From: Octopus sinensis
Taxonomy: Eukaryota
NCBI RefSeq assembly: GCF_006345805.1
Contig: NC_043009.1
Coordinates: 6,324,001-6,388,000, forward strand
Length of the DNA stretch: 64,000 nt
Reading direction: 5' to 3'
Made by a program: the position numbers and the translations under genes
The notes under the pieces: model-generated
Told to the model about the DNA's origin: nothing
Seen by the model: only the letters and a program-made list of their open reading frames with translations
Databases searched by the model: none
Part shown: positions 54,996 to 64,000 of the stretch, in pieces
Layout: each line of letters begins with the position of its first letter
Numbering within the stretch: the first letter of the stretch is position 1

Positions 54996-55525
54996 CTACA
55001 CAGGCGGTAACTAAAAGGGAGCAGCAGTATCCTATTACATTAGGGTCCGGGTATTCATTAAGAATTCGTCTCAGCGCCATATGACTTTCAGCTAAAGGAA
55101 TGTAGTATGGGTCAACATCATCAGATTTTTGCAGATGCGGAAGAGAGAATTTAAAGGGGAAATTAATATGGCTTCTTGAGTGTGATATTTACGTCTCTTT
55201 TTGTTACGTATGTTTACATGGTTGCTTCACCTAACGCTGTTGAAAATTCCTCATAGTTTTGAAGGTAACTTATTTTTCTCATTTTTATCTGCGTTCTACT
55301 GAGTGCCATGTCTCAGCGACATCATTTGTTGACGATGGATAGTGAATATTACAGGGCCAACGTAGAGATGGTTTCAGTCGTCGTAATATATTATGTGCTA
55401 CTATTACACAGCAATATTTATCATGTTGGAAGGTAACCAATATGATAGTGTTAGGATACAAATGATTTTGCATGAACGACATGCGTTTTCGTAGACAGTA
55501 ATGTCTACTGCTTGCTGGGATACCT

Positions 55526-55755
55526 ATTTCTTTCCTACCCACAAGGGGCTAAACACAGAGAGGACAAACAAGGACAGACAAACGGATTAAGTCGATTACA
55601 TCGACCCCAGTGCGAAACTGGTACTTATTTAATCGACCCCGAAAGAATGAAAGGCAAAGTCGACCTCGGCGGAATTTGAACTCAGAACGTAAAGGCAGAC
55701 GAAATACCGCTAAGCATTTCGCCCGGTGTGCTAACGACTCTGCCAGCTCGCCGCC
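55526..55755 (-). mobile_element. SINE family A, well preserved
   Basis: Near-exact reverse complement of 54502-54730. Confidence 0.95.
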
Positions 55756-57690
55756 TGGCGTCAAGGGACTTCGGTGAGAAGACTAACTACTGGTGGCAAA
55801 ATATGATTGTATGGCAAAATATGTTTATTTTCAAATCGGTACGTACCTCGCCTTTGTGGGTCGTGTGAATGTTCTCATAGAGGAAGAGCGTTCATTGAAG
55901 ATAAAATAGTGATGTTAAGGATTATCCATATGATGCTGAAAAACCATCTCCATGCTCGCGGTGTCTCTAGATGAATTGAGACGGAAAATTTTAATAAACC
56001 CTCAGTAATTTAATGCAGCTTGTATTATCGCATATTATCTTGTATTATCAGCGAAGACGTTGAGTGTATTTCTTTCCCGTTGGAAAGTGAGTGACCATGC
56101 GAATAGAAGCTTTCCTTTCAAAATATATCTCTTGGCGACCAACATTAAAACTTAGACGTAATGTAAGTTCTAACTATACATTTGTACAGTATGATTTTTA
56201 CACCGAGTGTATCCCTTTAATATGCAATTATCAGTTACTGTACGATTATATTATAACTTATTGTTTACAATATTTGTTATATGTTAACAATATTCAGTTG
56301 ATTAAACAGCCTAAATAAAGTCTTCTAAATGACTAAACGTCTTCGATCGCCTAAAAGCGTTTAAAATAATTACTACCGTTTTCATAAGTCGTTACTGCAA
56401 TTGTTAGTAAGTTAATTAACTAACCTTATTTTAAATTCGACACTGCAACAAATGTAAGCAACTATTTATTTCACAGCGCTCAATATTCGTATTTGATAAA
56501 TTGCTCCTTACATTTACCTTATTACAAAAGTACCAGCCATCGTATAGTTTTGTTTTGCTTTTTTGTGCCTTTTTTTCTCTTTCACATTTTATGGACGCTA
56601 TAACTTTACCAACTATTGCTAAATCTCATCGAATACTTGTAGACACATCTATCAATACTGCTGTATTTCAGTTTCCATTATATATCTTTATACATCATTT
56701 CGTGAATCTGAAATATTCGCATTGTGCAACGTCGATGAATGATATTTTCTGATAGCAAACATGGCATCGAGACGTGCAATTACTTACATTGACCAATATA
56801 TATTCAACCTACAACTATTATCGCTAATGGCTGCTTGCATATTGAACCGCATGCTTCCTACATATAAAATAAAACTCCTTTGCCTTTCATCGGCGTACGA
56901 TTATATATAAAAAAAAACCGAATCCCAATTTCAAGGTATGTATATATCTCTGCATTACTATTTGATACACTGTGTCTATGAATATGTCAATGAGTGAATG
57001 CTTTTGCGATGTAGACTAGCTGCGTGAGGTCACGTTATATATATAGAGAATTATTTTCTGACTGTTCGTTGTTCTTTTGTTGTGTACATCAGCGTGTTGG
57101 TCAGCTTTTCCATTTGCTCAAACGTAAATGAGAAATGTGCCATTTATAGAGAGCTCATATATTATGTGTGTGGGGGAATAAATGAGCTAGATTGAGCAGC
57201 TATTTGAGATAAGGTGTATATATATATAATAACACTGCCTGCTTTTTTCAAATCATAATAATGTTCACATATCACTAGCGACACATATTAAGAGTAGTAG
57301 TATTTTAGTACGATACTCACTCATACATTTGTAACTTCTCATGAAAGGGGAATACATGCATGCGTACATACATACATACATACATACATACATACATACA
57401 TACATACATTCATTCATTCATTCGTTCCTTCTCGAGCCATGTCTGGCTCATAAGGGCCAATTTCCCGGTTTCCTTGGCGTAGAGGTACCCCATCTGACGG
57501 GACGCAAACACAAAAAATTGGTAGAAACTATAGGACACGTAGAATTCAGTATCTGAGTAGCATATATATTTTATTTTATTTTAATCGACAATTAAAATAA
57601 TACGACTAAAGAAACGAGCTTCGAACTAGCGCATATCATGGCCAAAACACTTGAGTATTGACACGTTGTATCATCTCCGATTAACATATG

Positions 57691-57755
<65 letters not shown>

Positions 57756-57765
57756 TAGATAGATA

Positions 57766-57800
<35 letters not shown>

Positions 57801-57801
57801 C

Positions 57802-57865
<64 letters not shown>

Positions 57866-58839
57866 GTATGCATACCTGTACAGAAAAGCGAGATGTTCAA
57901 CGGGGTGGACTAATGCTATAATTCTACACGTATTATCTATCACATGCTATGAGAGTGAAACCATATGTTCTCCATAAGTACCTAGCTTTCAGTATATCGC
58001 GATATCATTTTGAATGTAAATTGTGTTTTTATTTCATTAAATCTTTCTTGCTAATTGCTTTTATTATCACTATTCTATGGCCAATGCAGCAAAATAATGT
58101 TTATCGTATTACGCTATTGCATTACGTTATTAGACTTCGGTATTCTATACTTAACGAAAAAACCAAGAGTGTCAGTTACATCTTATAACAATTTAATTAC
58201 GGAGACCATTCAGATCACTATTGGTATATCTCTTCATACTGAAGGGATTAAACCGGCAAAACATGTAATACAAAACAAAGTATTTAATCAAATATAAATT
58301 CTACTAAGTTACTTAAAAATTAGACTTAGTGAGATAAAAAAATAATTTGTTTAAATCATTTAATATATCATTGTCATTGATAGAAAACTATTAAGTTATA
58401 TAAGGTCCCCTTTCGTTCCCCTTAATCTACCGTCTCACAGCCATACACATACACGCAAGTACTCGCACGCACACACACTCGTATACACACGAAAACACAT
58501 ACGAACACAGCACAATACGCATAAACATGTAGACATCAATTATATTGTAAGAGGTAAACAGTGGAAACGAATTGCCGGATTAGTTATATACCCTGGTGAT
58601 AATTCACAATATCAGTAAAGGTAATATTTACACTTCTTATATTTGCGATAATACATCCTGTGTATTCATGAGCCTGTCTGTGAGAAAAAGGGCCGACCAA
58701 GTCCTAGTAAGGGCCAAATTTATCTACCTTTCTGCACAACTAAATTTGGGACATGTTTACATTTCCTTCCAAAATACACAGTGTTAGCATATCTGTGAGA
58801 GATATTTTCTTCTTATCTCGGATATCTTGCTAGTCAACG

Positions 58840-59091
58840 CTCTTTTACTCTTTATACTCTTTTACTTGTTTCAGTCGTTTGACTGTTGCCATGCTGGAGC
58901 ACTGTCTTTAGTTGAGCAGCTCGACCCCAGGACTTATTCTTTGTAAACGTAGTACTTATTCTATCGGTTTTTTTTTGCCGAACTGCTAGGTTACGGGGAC
59001 GTAAACACACCAGCATCGGTTGTCAAACGATATTTGGGTGACAAACACAGACACACAAACATACACACACGCATACACACACACATACACT

Positions 59092-59127
<36 letters not shown>

Positions 59128-59319
59128 CATATCAGTCGCCATGTTAGATCGGTAGCCACTACACACATTTTTTCTCTCCTTGTTTCTCCTGTGTCCCTTT
59201 CTGTAGAAGACCGTAGGCCTCGAAACGTAAAAGACTTTTTCTGTTCTTGAGTGTTATTCTAATACATCTGTTTGTTTTGTACACTACCTATCTTCGTCTT
59301 TTGTTTTTTCGTAAACTCT

Positions 59320-59360
<41 letters not shown>

Positions 59361-59503
59361 TACGATGGGCTTCTATCAGTTTCCGTCTACCAAATCCACT
59401 CACAAGGCTTTATTAGAAATCATTTGCTCAAGGTGCCACGCAGTGGAACTGAACCCGGAACCATGTGGTTGGTAAGCAAGCTACTTACCACACAGCCACA
59501 CCT
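58840..59503 (-). mobile_element. SINE family B interrupted in its microsatellite spacer by a family H repeat
   Basis: 3' domain at 58840-59060, spacer, insertion at 59133-59325, head at 59362-59503. Confidence 0.9.
59133..59325 (+). mobile_element. Family H repeat with a minimal hammerhead fold (core CUGUAGA)
   Basis: gtgtccctttCTGTAGAagaccgtaggcctcGAAACGTAaaagac; homologous to 26320-26500 and 48061-48230. Confidence 0.85.
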
Positions 59504-59686
59504 ACGCTGAATATATATTTCATATGTTACGATTCGAAGTAATGTTATGTTCTTTTTGTGAAGTTTGATACAGAAGTATTAGATGTGTTACACCTCGAAG
59601 CAACCGTATTTTCGGTTTGTGAAGTGACGATTTGCACAGAAGAATTTTAAATCCGTAAAGAGCGACATTTGAAACTTCAATAAAAA

Positions 59687-60680
59687 ATGCCTCCGAAAAA
59701 TAAAGCATCCTTTGGAAGAAAGTTTCATAAAGCGAGTGCAATGCAGCTACAAAGGGAGGGTGAAGTTGAAGAGAAAATCTCCAAAAAGAAAAAAAAAAAG
59801 ATCAGTGGAATCTAGGCAAACTGAATCAGAAGAACAAAGATCACAAATGCTTGCTGATGATAGGACAATGAAGGAAAACGTCCTCAAAAGGTATCAGTTG
59901 TACGAAAATCATTAAGACAGCAAATGGAGAGAAATAGAGCAGCTCAAAATCGGCATGAAGAAACTGAATCTCAAAGAACTCGAAGACTATGTAAACATAG
60001 AACAAATACAGAAGATTTACGATTTACAAAGATTGCCGGGTGCAGCTTTGCTGCTTTTAGTTACAATCCAAACTAGGACTCCACCTTAGAAGCTATATTC
60101 AAATTCTCTCAATGGTTGTGTTGTTCAAATGGAATTATTGCCTTGAAGGGACTGCTGATTGGTAGGACTACTGAAACAAGACATTTTCTTCGAAATATGC
60201 AGAAGTACAATAATGCATTCCAAATGAATTCTTCTGGTGCAAATCTCGTTCATTACGGTAGTTTTATGCTCACTTTCAAGATCCAAGGTCAACTGTACAA
60301 TAGAATTGGACCACTTCAGCAACTTTCTTTCAGAAGAAACAAAAATATTTATAATTGCATTTCATAGGTGATACGAAAAAGCAAGCTCAAACAAGATATT
60401 AAAGGAATAATAAAACAAAGAATGATATCATATTAAACCTACAAAACATGCTACATACAAGAAACGGCCATATTAGAAGGTTCAAATATACCCTAAAGAA
60501 TGGACAAGAGACCATCAGGAGAGCGTTCACTGCGATATAATGCACCTGGAAGTAATGACGTTGCTATTGTAATATCTGGAGAAAAGCAGGATAAGCGTGA
60601 TATAATCCTTTATGGGAGTGATAATCTATTCCAGAGAATAAATAAAATACATCGCTCTTATGATGCTCTCCAATAACCTT
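59687..60680 (+). mobile_element. Helitron Rep/Hel N-terminal pseudogene
   Basis: MPPKNKASFGRK..ESEEQRSQMLADDR, CCSNG..ETRHFLRNMQKYNNAFQMNSSGA..FMLTFKIQGQLYNRIG, RYNAPGSNDVAIVISGE..DKRDIIL..QRINKIHRSYDALQ. Broken by stops and frameshifts. Confidence 0.9.
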
Positions 60681-61699
60681 GAAGTTATGTAAATGGGGAA
60701 GATATAAAGTCAATAGAAATTTAACAACCTAAAGGCAAATTCATAGACGTAACTAAAATGACAGAGGGTACTAGGTAGTACCATCATTCCTAGAAATAAG
60801 AGTCAAAACAACTCAGTTGCTACAGGAGCACTATCTTAATGAGTGGAAAGAGACAGTATCCTTAACGGACATGACCATATCGCCGGTGATTTCGAATTTT
60901 GATGTTAGAATATCTTAATTCTCAACGATGGATCTTACGCGCCTAGGGTTAAACTCAACTCACCATGTCAACTTATATATAAGAACATAGACATACGCGC
61001 TCGCGCGTGTGTGTGTACCGGTATGCAGAATGAGAGACTCTGGAACATAACGCTATGAAATAATATAATTGATTCTTAGTAATAATGAACTGCTTAAACG
61101 TTAACAGTTACCACCATATACAGTCACTTGTTTATATTACAGACATCTACCTATAGGCACAACTTTACAAATAGATTTTTATGTAGATCACTTATGATTA
61201 TTAAATATAACTTGGACCTAAGGTGTAGATGTTTGAATTTTGTAGTTCCCTATCGACATTTTTATTAATACTTCATTTTAAACGTTTAAAATTAAATTTT
61301 ATGGACATAATTCTTAATATTTATGCTGGAGTACTTTCAATGTAATCACGTTTTGGATGTTAAAATTACAAAGACATACATTATTACTAACTTAAACCTT
61401 ATCAGATTCAATGAAATATAATATTGCGAAATTAATATTTTAGAAAATTAACTATGGTTAAGTTTAGTGAATCCGGCATGCCCGTGTAAAAATATATTTA
61501 CTGAGCTAATACAGATATTCTACAAAATAATGGAACCATGAGGGATTTTCCATTGTTTTTCAGTCGAAAAGTTTTCAGTTTAGGGAAAAGAAAACATTCT
61601 AGTTGTTGCGAAGTATACATATTGGAAAGAAATAATGTTTCCATATGAAATATTATCACAATTTAACCAATGAATTTTAGTAAATCAACAATGATACCC

Positions 61700-62110
61700 T
61701 TCGAAGAGGCCAGGAATCAGAAGAAAGAAGAAGAAAGAAGACATGCACCCAACACCAGAGATGAAGACACCTCCGAAAGAGGGGTGGGTGGCGCCACGTC
61801 AAAACGGTAGAGAAGTAGGGGCCGAAACCGGAAGTGGTTCCTCCTGATGATGTTTTGAGCTAACTGGATCCTATAAAGGAGCTGATGTGGTAGCAGACCA
61901 CTAGACACAGTTGTAATTCCTCTGAATGCTCTTTCCAGTATGCGACATTTTAGTCCCATCTCCTAAACATGTAACTAGGACTATTATATTAGAGTAACTG
62001 AAATGAAACTGAGCAAAGCAACGGTATGGTAGGAAGGACCTACCCGGTTTGCTGCACAATGAACCGGATCCGGAAGAACGCATCTGCAACGAGAATTTGT
62101 TAACCACATG
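61700..62110 (+). mobile_element. Possible decayed LINE ORF1 (gag-knuckle) remnant
   Basis: GC-richer block reading VGRTYPVCCTMNRIRKN, reminiscent of VEGRxPxC..GHIRKxC in Tx1/L1 ORF1; many stops. Confidence 0.25.
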
Positions 62111-62725
62111 ACCTATGTCCACGACACATTTTAAAGAAATTATACACATATGTTTGAAATATTTTCTGACTGCAACTATCGGTTTAGCTAATATTAACTC
62201 TTTACAGAACTACGTGATGTGTTTTATTCAATCTAGTGCAGCAATATTTATCTCTCTGAATGATATACAACAACCGTAGTCAGTGCTTGGTGAATCTGAC
62301 TCGAGGGCTATACGGCAGAGAGAGGTAGCCGCGTGCTGATAATGGATGTGCAAGGCTGAGTTATTTATTTTGTTTTCAAATTTTCGGGTATTCTCATAAT
62401 TCGGCTATTGGTAGATAGACGGAAATGTATTCTCACCCGAAACGTTGAAACTGAAGAATATGTCGAAGACGCGTCACATTCCCTGGATAATAAAATAAAC
62501 TTTATTCTTAAAATTCACCCGCCACAATTACCCAACGTTTTATCACAAAATTTGTTGTGAGGAATTTGACCGTCGAAAATACACTTTTAAGATCGGTTTT
62601 AAGATTAGATACGAAAGTAATCCATTTTTTATTGATCCTTTTTTATTAATTTACATAATTTTCCCATTATTTTTGATGAGGTCTTCAATGCACTTCTCTC
62701 GCCACAATATATAGTGGATATCTAA

Positions 62726-62925
62726 GGCGGCGAGCTGCCAGAAACTTTAGCACGCCGGTCGAAATGCTTAGCAGTATGTCGTCTGTCTTTGTGTTCTGAG
62801 TTCAAATTCCACCAAAGTCGACTTTGCCTTTCATCCTTTCGGTGTCGATAAATTAAGTACCAGTTGCGTACTTGTGTCGATATGGCTCCCTCCTCCAAAA
62901 TTTCCGGCATTGTGCCTAGAGAAGA
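62726..62925 (+). mobile_element. SINE family A with the alternative tail
   Basis: ggcggcgagctgccagaaac..gtcgactttgcctttcatcctttcggtgtcgataaattaagtaccagt..ccctcctccaaaatttccggcattgtgcctagag. Confidence 0.9.
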
Positions 62926-63849
62926 AACGAATATATGGAAGATTTCATTTGAATACACAGAATTTGGGAATTGGCGATTACTTGGAAAACATCACACGTG
63001 ATATAGAGACCCAAGGAAACTCTCTGCTGTTCGTAGCTAACATTTATGTCGAAGTATGCTATTTCTTTTAATGTACAACTAAATTAGATATCTAAAGTGT
63101 ATATCATTGCAGATATCTTACCAATACGGCAAAAGAGACTGATATAATAAGAACCAGTCTTTAAAACACAAATAATTATTTGTGTTGATTGATTCGAGTA
63201 ATGTTCTACAAGACAGTGATCCAGCAAGGGTTACAGTCGAATGACACATTCAGATAACACATAACAGATATATTTAGTGATTTCAAAAATACCTAATCAC
63301 AAACAAGACACGCAATCGCAATGTCGAGTAATATAAATGATGCAAGTATCTTACAAGGAATTAATACCTAGAAATTTAACACGCATATCTTATTAAATTG
63401 TAACACCATTTACAACTATTAAATAATTTCTGACCCTTACGGCGCTGCTACAAGTGTGCGAGTTAGCGGTTTCTCATTTCGTTCTAATCTAATCTGATCT
63501 AATCTAATCTGAGACTGCGATATTTTGTTCGTTCAGTGTAAGATAAATAACTAAACAGTTTTTCTGAAATGACAAAGAACATAAAATGAAACAGGGTCAT
63601 TTCAAATTTTAAAGTTTTCCTGATGACAGAAACGGAAACACGTGTTTATTTTCACAGTTAAGGTCAAAATTTACGTGTACTGAAGAAAACATTTACGAAA
63701 AGCTATAAAACATCTACACGTACGTACATACATACAGATGACAGACACATAGACAGACAGACGGACAGACATACACACACGCACACACACACACATTCAT
63801 ACACACACACACATATATATTTATATATATATATATACACATATATAAT

Positions 63850-64000
63850 AGTCAAGGTAGCTCCACCTAATGACCTCAAATTAATATCTATAATAGCAGG
63901 CTCCGCATGCGAAGCTCACCGCTTCAGCAACTTTTTAGACACCCTGGTAAAGCCATTCCTCAAGCGTATCAAAAACTATATAAGGGACTATTTAGATATA
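63850..64000 (+). mobile_element. PLE reverse transcriptase fragment running off the window end
   Basis: PPNDLKLISIIAGSACEAHRFSNFLDTLVKPFLKRIKNYIRDYLDI matches the PLE RT RPI(I/V)(A/S)..S.FLD..L.P..YI.D pattern. Confidence 0.75.

Noticed and set aside
61815-61880. ETS site (ccggaagtg) plus tataaa as a promoter, or a type II hammerhead (GAAAC..CTGATGA)
   Set aside because: Single short motifs are expected by chance, helix I cannot form, and the block is at least as well explained as a decayed LINE ORF1.

Overview
AT-rich eukaryotic DNA, dense in microsatellites and transposon debris. The SINE types and the microsatellite load point to a coleoid cephalopod such as Octopus; that is inference, not a database result. 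I cannot support any complete protein-coding gene, rRNA, tRNA gene or CRISPR array, and almost every ORF in the supplied track is microsatellite or repeat noise. Recognisable elements: three Penelope-like retroelement (PLE) remnants (665-1545, 27921-28532, 63850-end), a Tc1 DD34E remnant, an internally deleted DD37D (maT-type) mariner, a Helitron Rep remnant, an R4-like RLE LINE remnant, weaker L1/Tx1-like remnants, two tRNA-derived SINE families with many copies, a foldback MITE and a Helentron/HINE-like element carrying telomere-like repeats. The most interesting signal is a set of short repeats, mostly anchored at (TA)n, that carry minimal type I hammerhead-ribozyme folds. Three copies share a non-canonical CUGU(A/G)GA core. 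Several long inverted repeats could form dsRNA. A few splice-site-flanked open frames, best at 51257-51092 on the minus strand, may be exons of a long-intron gene, but none is proven.
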